A stretch of DNA of 64,000 bases from Bugula neritina (lineage: Eukaryota; Animalia; Bryozoa). The stretch is from NCBI GenBank assembly GCA_964035545.1, contig OZ037766.1, positions 33,381,723-33,445,722 on the forward strand, written 5' to 3'. Below the pieces are notes generated by a model. It made no database searches, was not told the DNA's origin, and was given only the letters and a program-made list of their open reading frames with translations. The stretch's first letter is position 1; each line of letters opens with the position of its first letter. Below are positions 1 through 14,000 of this stretch, one piece after another. The position numbers and the translations under genes were made by a program.

Positions 1-442
1 TTGTATTACTAACACATATTGTAGTTGTATTACTAATACATATTGTATAGTTGTATTACTAACACATATTGTAGTTGTATTACCAACACATATTGTAGTT
101 GTATTACTAATACATATTGTATAGTTGTATTACTAACACATATTGTAGTTGTATTACTAATACATATTGTATAGTTGTATTACTAACACATATTGCAGTT
201 GTATTACTAACACATATTGCAGTTGTATTACTAACACATATTGTATAGTTGTATTACTAACACATATTGTAGTTGTATTACTAACACATATTGCAGTTGT
301 ATTACTAACACATATTGCAGTTGTATTACTAACACATATTGTAGTTGTATTACTAATACATATTGTATAGTTGTATTACTAACACATATTGTAGTTGTAT
401 TACTAACACATATTGCAGTTGTATTACTAACACATGTTGCAG
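1..442. repeat. Intronic 24-29-bp minisatellite ending exactly at the GPCR acceptor
   Basis: Unit TTGTATTACTAACACATATTG(T/C)AG. Confidence 0.9.
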
Positions 443-2159
443 TTGCCCTCAGCATTCATATGCTAGTTCTCGCAGAAGGCCACAGGAAGAAAATCAAAGA
501 ACACAACACTCTGAAGAGTAGTCGAGCAGACTCCATCAAGTTTTTCATAACTCTGGTATGCACTTACCTGGTCGCCTACTTAACGCCAGGTACGCATTCG
601 ACACTCATCTTTTCACTGTGACTATTTACTCACTGTGACTACCTACTCACTGTGACTATCTACTCACTGTGACTATCTACTCACTGTGACTACCTACTCA
701 CTGTGACTATCTACTCACAGTGACTATCTACTCACTGTGACTACTTACTCACTGTGACTATCTACTCACTGTGACTACCTACTCACTGTGACTATCTACT
801 CACTGTGACTACCTACTCACTGTGACTATCTACTCACTGTGACTACCTACTCACTGTGACTATCTACTCACTGTGACTACCTACTCACTGTGACTATCTA
901 CTCACAGTGACTATCTACTCACTGTGACTACTTACTCACAGTGACTATCTACTTACTGTGACTATCTTCTCACTATATAGTTGTACTGTCACTAGTAATT
1001 ACAACATCCATATCTGCATTACACATCAACATTTTGCATGTCATTTTACATTCTTATGCCTCAATGCACTAATGTGTCGATGGAATGTGTCATTTATATA
1101 TATATATACATATTACTATTATTAATGAATTTACTATTTGCAACTACCATTACTCTACCCATATACTATACAAACTCTATCTAACAAAAATGTTTTTATT
1201 AACAGCTGTATGCAGTGCAGTTGATGCTTATGACCCCCTATTGAAAATACCTCACTTGAAACTGAGGTCACTTTATTTACTTGGGCCAATCATTTACGCT
1301 GTTCTATATGGATCAAGAATACCTGAAGGTTTCTTTCGGAGCATACGATTGGCTATTTGCTGCTGCTTACCTGTGAAACCAGTGGAGAAGGAAGTGGAGA
1401 TTATAGATGTAGTAAGGTATTGATCAGACCTCCTCTCTCTTTGTATGCATGTATATCTGTCTGTCTGTATGTCTCTCTTTGTATGCATGTATATCTGTAT
1501 ATCTGTCTGTATGTCTCTCTTTCTGTCTGTCCTTTCTGTCTGTCTGTAAGTCTTTCTCTGTGTCTGTTTGTATGTCTGTATGTATGTCTGTATATCTGTC
1601 TGTCTGTATGTCTTTCTCTGTGTCTGTCTGTATGTCTGTCTGTCTTTCTGTCTGTCTGTATGTCTTTCTCTGTGTCTGTCTTTCTGTCTGTCTGTATGTC
1701 TTTCTGTATGTCTTTCTCTGTGTCTGTCTGTATGTCTGTCTGTCTGGGCGTGCGTGTGTGTGCAGAGAGAGAGAGAGAGAGAGTGTGTGCAGAGAGGGTG
1801 TGTGCAGAGAGTGTGTGTGTGCAGAGAGAGAGAGAGTGTGTGCAGAGAGTGTGTGCAGAGAGAGTGTGTGCAGAGAGTGTGTGTGCAGAGAGTGTGTGTG
1901 TGCAGAGAGAGAGAGAGAGAGAGTGTGCAGAGAGTGTGTGTGTGCAGAGAGTGTGTGTGTGCAGAGAGAGAGAGTGTGCAGAGAGTGTGTGCAGAGAGAG
2001 TGTGTGCAGAGAGTGTGTGTGCAGAGAGTGTGTGTGTGTGCAGAGAGAGAGAGAGAGTGTGCAGAGAGTGTGTGCAGAGAGAGAGAGTGTGCAGAGAGAG
2101 TGTGTGTGTGCAGAGAGTGTGTGTGTGCAGAGAGAGAGAGTGTGTGCAGAGAGAGTGTG

Positions 2160-2190
<31 letters not shown>

Positions 2191-2311
2191 TGTGCAGAGA
2201 GAGTGTGTGTGTGCAGAGAGTGTGTGTGTGCAGAGAGAGAGAGTGTGTGCAGAGAGAGTGTGTGCAGAGAGAGTGTGTGCAGAGAGAGAGAGTGTGTGCA
2301 GAGAGAGTGTG

Positions 2312-2400
<89 letters not shown>

Positions 2401-5400
2401 TGCAGAGAGAGTGTGTGTGCAGAGAGTGTGTGTGTGTGCAGAGAGAGAGAGTGTGCAGAGAGAGTATGCAGAGAGAGTGTGTGTAGAGAGAGAGAGGGAG
2501 AGAGTGAGAGAGGGAGAGAGGAAGGGGGGAGGGAGGGAGGGAGGGAGGGAGAGAGGGAGAGAGGGAGTGTGTTCAGAGAGTCTGTGCAGAGAGAGTGAGT
2601 TACTATTCACTGCTAGCAAGTGCGCTGGTCTACTACCACTCCGTAATCATATCCGCATATAATAACCCGTAATGTAGTCACAAGAAAATTTTTAAAGTTA
2701 TTAATTATGTTTGGAAAATATTATAAGCGAGAAAAATTATAATGGTGCCAGCACTGGAATTAAAATGTTAACATGTCATTTTATAAACGTATAGTCTGAT
2801 AGTATAGTATATATAGTCTGTTAGTATAGTATAGGTTATATAGTATAGTATATGTAGGTTATATAGTATAGTATAGTATATAGTATAGTATATAGTATAG
2901 TATATAGTCTGAGAGTATAGTATATAGTCTGAGAGTATAGGAAATACTGATAGTCTGTTAATATAATTAGTGTATGTCACAGATACATGTAACTAACTGA
3001 TAGAGAATTATAAAAACGTTAGCGAATAATATCATATCATAGTATATCATATCATAGTATATCATATCATAGTATATCATATCATAGTATATAAGAGTGA
3101 TTATAGAGTGTATAATACGAGTGAAGTGGCATATACTGTAACATAATGTTACAGTAGAATTCAGTGTCAGAGTACTACTTATATTATGTAACATGCTATG
3201 TGATAGGCTAGCCGTCATGAGACTAGGCCATGTAATGGTGAAGATAGACAAACAAGCAGCAATCAAGCGTCACTCATCTTATTTAAAAAGGAGAAGTCAG
3301 ATTATAAACTCCATGACTTTCCTCAAACCAACGCCAAAACCCAGACAGCACGAGACACTTCGACCTTACAAGAGTTTTATACCAACAAGTGAGTGACTAC
3401 ATAACAGAGTATCACTATGAGTGAGTGACTACATAACTGAGTATCACTACGAGTGAGTGACTACATATCTGGTTATCACTACGAGTGAGTGACTACATAA
3501 CAGAGTATCACTATGGGTGAGTGACTACATATCTCAGTATCACTACGAGTGAGTGACTACATATCTGAGTATCACTATGAGTGAGTGACTACATATCTGG
3601 TTATCACTACGAGTGAGTGACTACATATCTGATTATCACTACGAGTGAGTGACTACATAACTGAGTATCACTATGAGTGAGTGACTACATAACTGAGTAT
3701 CACTACGAGTGAGTGACTACATATCTGGTTATCACTACGAGTGAGTGACTACATAACAGAGTATCACTATGAGTGAGTGACTACATATCTCAGTATCACT
3801 ATGAGTGAGTGACTACATATCTGAGTATCACTATGAGTGAGTGACTACATATCTGGTTATCACTACGAGTGAGTGACTACATAACAGAGTATCACTATGA
3901 GTGAGTGACTACATATCTCAGTATCACTATGAGTGAGTGACTACATATCTGAGTATCACTATGAGTGAGTGACTACATAACTGAGTATCACTACGAGTGA
4001 GTGACTACATAACTGAGTATCACTACGAGTGAGTGACTACATATCTGATTATCACTACGAGTGAGTGACTACATAACTGAGTATCACTACGAGTGAGTGA
4101 CTACATATCTGGTTATCACTACGAGTGAGTGACTACATAACAGAGTATCACTATGAGTGAGTGACTACATATCTCAGTATCACTATGAGTGAGTGACTAC
4201 ATATCTGAGTATCACTATGAGTGAGTGACTACATAACTGAGTATCACTATGAGTGAGTGACTACATAACTGAGTATCACTACGAGTGAGTGACTACATAT
4301 CTGATTATCACTACGAGTGAGTGACTACATATCTGAGTATCACTATGAGTGAGTGACTACATAACTGAGTATCACTACGAGTGAGTGACTACATATCTGA
4401 TTATCACTACGAGTGAGTGACTACATAACAGAGTAATACTATGAATGAGTGACTACATATCTGAGTATCACTATGAATGAGTGACTACATATCTGAGTAT
4501 CACTATGAGTGAGTGACTACATAACTGAGTATCACTACGAGTGAGTGACTACATATCTCAGTATCACTATGAGTATGCTCTCAACTATGAGTGATGGATT
4601 TAGTTTTACATGGGTGACGGGATAAGGCATAGGCGAAACTGAATGTAAGTCAAAAACTGAAAACTAACCTAATTTTATTACGGTGTTTGTGTAACTTTAC
4701 TCTGTCAACTACTAGTAGTTATTTGCTATGCACTATAAAGTGTGATATATATTTCTCTTGTTTACTCACAAAACTGTCATGTAACTGTTTGCAAATTATG
4801 GCTCACACAGTCTCTCCTAATTGATGTTAAGTAACATGACTAATGCTATCTATATACGTCATATCTCATACTGATAGAGGCGATGACAGCATATCTCATA
4901 CTGATAGAGGCGATGACAGCAAACTATAATTATAATTACATCATATAATAATGACATACAATGTAGAATAGCCTACATGTAGAGCACAGTACCCTGTGGA
5001 TAGAGGTGAAAATACTCTTAATGTGTACACCGATACAGTGCAGATGCACTATAAATACGTACGTGTTTAATTCTCAAAAGAGAAGTTGTGTTATCATAGC
5101 AGTATCAGGCTATTCTCACCAGGGCTTGTGTGTTATATATAATATAGCTACGGTGATATGTACTATATATATGTGTTATATATAATATAGCTAGGTGATA
5201 TGTACCATATATATGTGTTATATATAATATAGCTAGGTGATATGTACTACATGTATGTGTTATATATAATATAGCTACGGTGATATGTACTATATGTATG
5301 TGTTATATATAATATAGCTAGGTGATATGTACCATATGTATATGTTATATATAATATAGCTAGGTGATATGTACTATATATATGTGTTATATATAATATA

Positions 5401-7256
5401 GCTAGGTGATATGTACTATATGTATGTGTTATATATAATATAGCTACGGTGATATGTACTATATGTATGTGTTATATATAATATAGCTAGGTGATATGTA
5501 CTATATGTATGTGTTATATATAATATAGCTACGGTGATATGTACTATATATATGTGTTATATATAATATAGCTAGGTGATATGTACTATATGTATGTGTT
5601 ATATATAATATAGCTACGGTGATATGTATTATATGTATGTGTTATATATAATATAGCTAGGTGATATGTATTATATGTATGTGTTATATATAATATAGCT
5701 AGGTGATATGTACTATATATATGTGTTATATATAATATAGCTAGGTGATATGTACTATATGTATGTGTTATATATAATATAGCTACGGTGATATGTACTA
5801 TATATATGTGTTATATATAATATAGCTAGGTGATATGTATTATATGTATGTGTTATATATAATATAGCTAGGTGATATGTACTATATGTATGTGTTATAT
5901 ATAATATAGCTAGGTGATATGTACTATATGTATGTGTTATATATAATATAGCTAGGTGATATGTACTATATGTATGTGTTATATATAATATAGCTAGGTG
6001 ATATGTACTATATGTATGTGTTATATATAATATAGCTAGGTGATATGTACTATATGTATGTGTTATATATAATATAGCTAGGTGATATGTATCATATGTA
6101 TGTGTTATATATAATATAGCTAGGTGAGATGTACTATATGTATGTGTTATATATAATATAGCTAGGTGATATGTACTATATGTATGTGTTATATATAATA
6201 TAGCTAGGTGATATGTATCATATGTATGTGTTATATATAATATAGCTAGGTGATATGTACTATATATATGTGTTATATATAATATAGCTAGGTGATATGT
6301 ACTATATGTATGTGTTATATATAATATAGCTAGGTGATATGTACTATATGTATGTGTTATATATAATATAGCTAGGTGATATGTACTATATGTATGTGTT
6401 ATATATAATATAGCTAGGTGATATGTATCATATGTATGTGTTATATATAATATAGCTAGGTGATATGTACTATATATATGTGTTATATATAATATAGCTA
6501 GGTGATATGTACTATATGTATGTGTTATATATAATATAGCTAGGTGATATGTACTATATGTATATGTTATATATGCACTCAGCTGTTTGTTATCTCACTA
6601 CATAGCTGGGAACAGAGAAGATGAAGACATTAAAAAGGAGTCTGTGAGTAGAGCCGTCTCCTTAGATGCAGCTAAAGTAGCTAGAAGATCTGCAGCTAAG
6701 TCGAGCACAGGGAGAATATTTTCCTGGTTACCAGGCTATGGTTCGAGTAGGTTTATTACATCGCCACCCCCACTGATGTTATATTATTACTTACTGCAGC
6801 TATGATTATGTGACCAGCTGGAGCAGTGCTAACATTTCTCTAAATCTATTTGCAAGTAGAGTTCTCACTCCATATCTCATGAAATTCCATAATTTATGTG
6901 ATTACATAGGTCACGTGATTACATAGGTCACAGAGGGGGCACTATGTTATAACAGCTGATCAATGAGTAATATACTAGGGCAGAGTGGGTTGGGGTTACT
7001 TTACTCCTCTGATGCTGTATTCTTTTGCATACTATATAATAATAATTAGTTTTGTTTCTTTTCAACAGCCAAATCTTCATTTGAGGTGCACAAAAGTGGA
7101 GAGAAGAGTGAGGAGGACATTGAATCTCAGGGGGTGTTGCTCACGTCCCTAACTGCCACCAAGAATAGCCCAAGGAAGCTATCAGCTATAGTTGAGAATT
7201 CTGAGGCTATGCAGGAACGGCATTTAGACAATGAGACAACTTCAACTGACCAATGA
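443..7256 (+). CDS. Rhodopsin-like (class A) GPCR, 3' part (TM6-TM7 and long C-terminal tail); 5' exons lie upstream of the window
   Basis: Exons 443-589, 1206-1416, 3207-3388, 6606-6746, 7069-7256 (TGA), all GT-AG with matching phases. The product has basic loop ...KSSRADSIKFFITLVCTYLVAYLTP (TM6-like), then LYLLGPIIYAVLY (NPxxY-like TM7), FFRSIR helix 8, a CCC palmitoylation-type cluster and a Ser/Thr-rich tail. Family assignment is from motif recognition only. Confidence 0.7.
613..970. repeat. Intronic 17-bp minisatellite
   Basis: TACTCACTGTGACTA(T/C)C repeated about 20 times. Confidence 0.9.
1430..2600. repeat. Compound intronic microsatellite: (TCTG)-type, then (GT)nGC(AG)n
   Basis: Directly visible; it is the source of the long spurious ORFs here. 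Confidence 0.9.
3389..4575. repeat. Intronic 32-bp minisatellite starting at the donor GT
   Basis: GTGAGTGACTACATA(A/T)C(A/T)GAGTATCACTA(T/C)GA, about 37 copies. Confidence 0.95.
5128..6573. repeat. Intronic 42/43-bp minisatellite
   Basis: GTGTTATATATAATATAGCTA(C)GGTGATATGTACTATATGTAT. Confidence 0.95.
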
Positions 7257-8059
7257 GATTATAGCCAACAGAGTTGCCATAGCAACAGCTAATAGGAGTC
7301 ATTCAGGGATCAGTTGATTAGTATAGGCGAGATTAGCTCAACACTGTAGGCCAGAGAGGAGCTGCTATGTTTGATTAGAACATTAAAAATAACTTATTGC
7401 TGTAAAATATGTAAATATTTGATTAATTTTTCAAAAGATGATTTAAAGTCATGAGTAATAATATATCATGTTGAATATTTTGTGTATTGCAAGTTGACTG
7501 CGTTGTACTCACTGTACTTGTTGTACTTACTGTACTTGTTGTACTCACTGTACTTGTTGTACTTACTGTACTTGTTGTACTTACTGTACTTGTTGTACTC
7601 ATGGTACTTGTTGCACTTATTGTACTTGTTGTACTCATGGTACTTGTTGTACTCTATTACTAGTGGAACTGATGAACCGTGAGTGTGGCAGTTTAATATA
7701 CTGTGATGTTCTAGGAATTCACATTATAATTTATTGTGGAGCATTCCAGTTTTATTATTTACAATACAGTTATATACACAGATTAAAAAAAGAATAACAG
7801 ACAGTCAATTGTGACAATATAACACATAATATAATGTAATACACAATATACATGGTGTATGGTGACAATATAACACATAATATAATGTAATACACAATAT
7901 ATATGGTGAATGCCAACAAATGCAAGTTGTACTTGGTGAACAGGGAAGATATGTAATATACTGTTGTGAGACACATTGCCAAGGAATCTATTAATAGATT
8001 TATTGATTCACCATTGGCCAATCAACTTTCACATTATAATGTTATCAACGAATCATAAT

Positions 8060-11000
8060 TTAGAATCTTTTCCCTCTAATGATACCAGGTCTCCAGTTGA
8101 GTGGGTGAGTATCCTCCGTCTAGAAGTAGATTAGTAATATACAGTATAGTAATATATACAGTATAGTAATATATACAGTATAGTAGTATATACAGTATAG
8201 TAGTATACAGAGTATAGTAATATATACAGTATAGTAATATACACGGTATAGTAATATACACAGTATAGTAGTATATACAGTATAGTAATATATACGGTAT
8301 AGTAATATATACGGTATAGTAATATATACGGTATAGTAATATATACAGTATAGTAATATATACAGTATAGTAGTATATACAGTACAGTAACATAGTATAT
8401 ATAGTATCTCGTAGGATAAATATACTATAACATAGTAATATATAGTAGAGTAATATAGTAATATATAGTAGAGTAATATAGTAATATATAGTAGAGTAAT
8501 ATTGTAGCAGTAGCTGGCAGCATGTTTACATGCACACTGTGTGTGTGCGTGTGTCATAGTCCATCGTCATAGCATATTAATAGCCCCTAAACAAAACAAT
8601 AAATTCCTACAACTGCGCAGCAAAAGCCACAATCAATGAATCAAGTGTATTGCAAAAGCCTAAGACAACAAATCTGCCAGAATATTTCTGTTCCCTTATT
8701 TGGAATTACTTGGGGCTGGTGGTGCAATTTGGGTGACCAATGGGATCTGGAACACATCATTTTTGTTTATTTGTTGTTTGTGTATTATTCTGCTGCTGTT
8801 GGAAAGCATTGGTTATCCTGATCAGTTGCAATTAGTAGAGCCAAAGAGCAAGTTATACTACTTATAATTTTACATTAAACGAGATACATATTACTAACTA
8901 TTGAAACCTAAGAGCAGAAGCTGTATTATCAAGTTATCAGAGAAGCGCTAAAGGTTTGTCTGCTATTAATTTTTCCATCATTTATTGTCTTAATGCTGTA
9001 ATATCGATACATTTAGCTTATATTATATGAAATGGTTTATAGCTGACATTATTTTAATGAATTATTATGCAGTAATATTTTGCTTACTTTAATAATTTTT
9101 ATGTGTGTTATTTCCTTACATTTCTTATTTTCTTGTACTTTATTTAGCCTTATATTGTGTGTATTTTATTTAGATTTCACGGTGTAGCTTTGTGAGCAAA
9201 AGTGTTATAAGTTGGAATAAAATACTAATAACTACACTCACAAAACATCAGTTGAATTCCTAAACCTACTCTGATAAGCTTGCGGTTGCTAGCAGACCTA
9301 ACAAAACTGCTACAAATATAGTAATATATAGTAGAGTAATATAGTAATATATAGTAGAGTAATATAGTAATATATAGTAGAGTAATATAGTAATATATAG
9401 TAGAGTAATATAGTAATATATAGGAGAGTAATATAGTAATATATAGTAGAGTAATATAGTAATATATAGTAGAGTAATATAGTAATATATAGTAGAGTAA
9501 TATAGTAATATATAGTAGAGTAATATAGTAATATATAGTAGAGTAATATAGTAATATATAGTAGAGTAATATAGTAATATATAGTAGAGTAATATAGTAA
9601 TATATAGGAGAGTAATATAGTAATATATAGTAGAGTAATATAGTAATATATGGTAGAGTAATATAGTAATATATGGTAGAGTAATATAGTAATATATAGT
9701 AGAGTAATATAGTAATATATAGTAGAGTACTGTACTCACAGCAGTGTCGTCTTCCTTGTATATTTTTATTGTCTTGTCCGCCTCTGCTGTGAGCAGACGA
9801 CTCCCGGACTGGTCCCAAGTGAGAGCAAACACTCCATTCTCAGAGTCGATGGAGCCGGGCTGCACTGTAGACTGAATTCTCTGAAAGTTGTAGCCTGTCT
9901 TCCAGTCCCAGAAGTGGAGACTCCCGTTGTCAGCTGCAAATAAGGAAAAAGGGGCCTAAGTCGCAGACTAAGGAGTATACAGAGAGAAGTATACAGAGAG
10001 TAGTATACAGAGAGGAGTATACAGAGTATACAGAGTATAGTAGAGTATACAGAGAGGAGTATACAGAGAGAAGTATACAGAGTATACAGAGAGGAGTATA
10101 CAGAGTATACAGAGTATACAGAGAGGAGTATACAGAGTATACAGAGTAGAGTATACAGAGTATACAGAGTAGAGTATACAGAGTATACAGAGAGGAGTAT
10201 ACAGAGAGGAGTATACAGAGAGGAGTATACAGAGAGGAGTATACAGAGAGGAGTATACAGAGTGTACAGAGTATACAGAGAGGAGTATACAGAGTATACA
10301 GAGTATACAGAGTATACAGAGTATACAGAGTATACAGAGTATACAGAGTATACAGAGAGAAACTTACCTCCAGAGACGAGCACATTCTCGTGGTTCACAG
10401 TGAGAGCGTTGATGATGGCGTTGTGTCCAGACAGGTTCTGGATGAAGTTGCCATCTGGAAACTTCCACTGTTTGATGTTATCAGCAGAGCCGGAGGCCAT
10501 GGTGAACCTGCGGCATGGAATAACAGAGTGACTAATAGTATAGTAACTGAGTGACTAATAGTATAGTAACTGAGTGACTAATAGTATAGTAACTGAGTGA
10601 CTAATAGTATAGTAACTGAGTAGTGACTCACTGAGTAGGATGCAGAGTAATTGCTCGCACTGACTTCTTGTGATTAGTCAAAGTGACTTTGCTCTTGCCG
10701 GCAGCCAAGTCCCACAACCTAATAGTTGAGTCATGTGATCCAGTGATGATCTACAGTAAAATAAACATATATCACCATGGTAACCATATGTATATATAGT
10801 ACTCAGTGAATATAGTCATATGTATAATATAGTACTCAGTGAATATAGTCATATGTATAATATAGTACTCAGTGAATATAGTCATATGTATAATATAGTA
10901 CTCAGTGAATATAGTCATATGTATATAGAGTAACCAAGTAGTTGTAGTTACCTGAGGTTCAGCTGCCTGGGCCTTTACACAGGCCACCGTGTTGGAGTGA

Positions 11001-14000
11001 CCAGCCAGAGTGTGGATGCAGGATTTGGTTCTGATGTCCCAGACTCGGCACGTGGAGTCTCTGCTGGTGGTGAGCAGCACATCTATGGTTGGGTGAATGT
11101 CAATGGATTGACAGGCTGACAGGTGTCCGTGGTAGTGTCTGATCACCTAGAGTGACAATTAGAGACAGGTGGTTGTAGACAGTGTGTATAGAGAGTGACA
11201 ACTAGAGACAGGTGGTTGTAGACAGTGTGTATAGAGAGTGACAACTAGAGACAGGTGGTTGTAGACAGTGTGTATACAGAGTGACAACTAGAGACAGGTG
11301 GTTGTAGACAGTATGTATAGAGAGTGACAACTAGAGACAGGTGGTTGTAGACAGTGTGTATAGAGAGTGACAACTAGAGTCAGGTGGTTGTAGACAGCGT
11401 TTATAGAGAGTGACAACTAGAGACAGGTGGTTGTAGACAGTGTATAGAGAGTGACAATTAGAGTCAGGTGGTTGTAGACAGTGTGTATAGAGAGTGACAA
11501 CTAGAGACAGGTGGTTGTAGACAGTGTGTATAGAGAGTGACAACTAGAGACAGGTGGTTGTAGACAGTGTATACAGAGTGACAACTAGAGACAGGTGGTT
11601 GTATATAACATACAGCAGCATACCTTGTTATACTCGAGGTCCCAGCACTTGACTTGTTTGTCTTCACCACAAGAGAAGAGGAAGGGGTGTCTAGGGGAGA
11701 CAATTACCCCTCTAACCGCACTGATGTGTCCAGTGAGAGACAACTTCAAAGTGCCAGTGGCAAGGTCAAATATTTTTATTATCCGGTCAGCTGAGCCTAG
11801 AAGTAGACATCAGTGTGAATAAGCTAGTAGAGATCAGTGTTAGTAACAGATGAGAGAATTCTAATGAATATAAGTATACAAGTGATGAGAAGATAAACCT
11901 GTTGTTACCTGTGGCAAACCATTGGTTCCCCGGTTCTACAGCAACACACCTCACCCAACCAGTGTGACCACTTATTACCTGCAACACACATGACCAGGTA
12001 AATGTATTGTATACTGAATACTTATTACCTGTAACACACATGACCAGGTAAATGTATTGTATACTGAATACTTACTACCTGTAACACACATGACCAGGTA
12101 AATGTATTGTATACTGAATACTTATTACCTGTAACACACATGACCAGGTAAATGTATTGTATAGGGGTAACGGGGGCACAACGGTCATAGGGGTACAAAA
12201 AGCCGGCCAAATTGTGAGAGAACTTATTAACTTAGAGTTGTGATTTTTTTTCTTAAAAAGATATTGACATAATTATTCAGCTTTTGTAGTTTCAACACTT
12301 GCGGAACATACGTGTTGAAAAGGCGAGTAAAAAACTGTTTTTGCCTACTTTTTGTAAATTTTTTAGGACGTCGTTAAAGCCTCATAACTTTTTACACTCA
12401 AAGACAAGAAGCCTAGATTTTACTAATATTGTTGCCATTGCTTGTCTCTACAATGCTTAACTAGTATAACAGCAAACACTGAAATAAATTTTCCTTGAGG
12501 CACATTTATTTTCGATTTGGCCACACGGGGCACAATGGGCCACGCTGACCGGGGCACAATGGGCCACCTGATTATTGCACCCTGATCACTGTTATTAGTT
12601 TGTTTGCCTAAAAAGTTGGTTGAACTGTTACTAAAATCTATAGATATAGCCATTTCTAACCTTTTTGTAAAATATCAAAGACATCATGGTAAGACTACAA
12701 AACTACAAGTTGAAGCTTCCCTAATATATACATCTGGTGAGGTTAAAGCTTTGCAATTTTATACATAATACAAAACACTCTGCTGTTGCTACTGGTAGAT
12801 AGTCATGATAATCATTATATATTACACCATTGAGGGAATATACATGTATTTGACTGAAATAAATTGTGATTTGCTCATTTGCTTCCCCTCTCCCCTCCGT
12901 ACTCCAGTCACAAACCTAAGTCATGCATGCACCTTAGCTACAGTTCATAGAAAAAAGTCTACTCGGGTTTTCGTAGTACACGTTACTAAAGTTGTTTTTT
13001 GATAAATGTTGCTCTGAAGTGAAAATAACAGAACATTTTAGTTCTAAACAGTAATGATAATGGCACTGCAGAGCCGAGTGGCGTGCGTTTGATTTTGCCT
13101 TCCTCTGCTAACCGTAGTAACACAAACTGTACAGCTAAAACATGAATTTTGCTGCAGATCTGAAAGAGAATCTTTATTTATTTGTAATATTAAATAAATA
13201 AAGATCAGATGTAACAAAATATACGCAAAATTTCAATATATTTGTTGTGTCCCATTGTACCCCGGTACCGGGGCACAATGGGCCGATTTTTTTGTCGTGA
13301 ACATTTCATTATTCTGAAAGTTGTGAGAGAGATAGAAACAACAAACTGATACCTGGAATAGACAACATATGCAGCATTAAGACTAGAGATTATTGAACTA
13401 GTAACTTGAAAAACAGACAAATGAGAGCAACAAATGCAAAATTCGGCCCGTTGTGCCCCCGTTACCCCTACTGACTAACTGACCCTGTATAGTTTCCAAG
13501 GAGCATGCCACTTAGGTTTTGGCATAGTTGGGGCTTTCTTTGGTACAAGCATCTTCTCGTTACCAACGGCAACAAGAGCTTTGCTGGACTTCTCTGCTGC
13601 CATATTAACTTCTGAGACTGCTGCCTGCACACCAGCTGCATACTGGTCAGCTGACGGGACCAGCTTGGATGAGTTTACAGGTTTAGATGCATCTAGAGAC
13701 ACAGAGTGACATATATTATATACACTATATACATAGAGATAGTAAATATACAGATATATAGTAATATACAGACATATAGTAATATACAGATACATAGTGA
13801 TATACAGATATATAGTGATATACAGATATATAGTGATATACAGATATATAGTGATATACAGATATATAGTGATATACAGATATATAGTAATATACAGATA
13901 TATAGTAATATACAGATATATAGTAATATACAGATATATAGTAAATATACAGATATATAGTAATATACAGATATATAGTAATATACAGATATATAGTAAT

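Noticed and set aside
1294-2662. Four long ORFs (345-441 aa) on both strands
   Set aside because: They are translations of an intronic (TCTG)/(GT)/(AG) microsatellite that happens to lack stops; no domain content.
3389-6573. Possible CRISPR arrays (32- and 42-bp periodicity)
   Set aside because: Units are contiguous with no unique spacers, there are no cas genes, and the context is eukaryotic and intronic.
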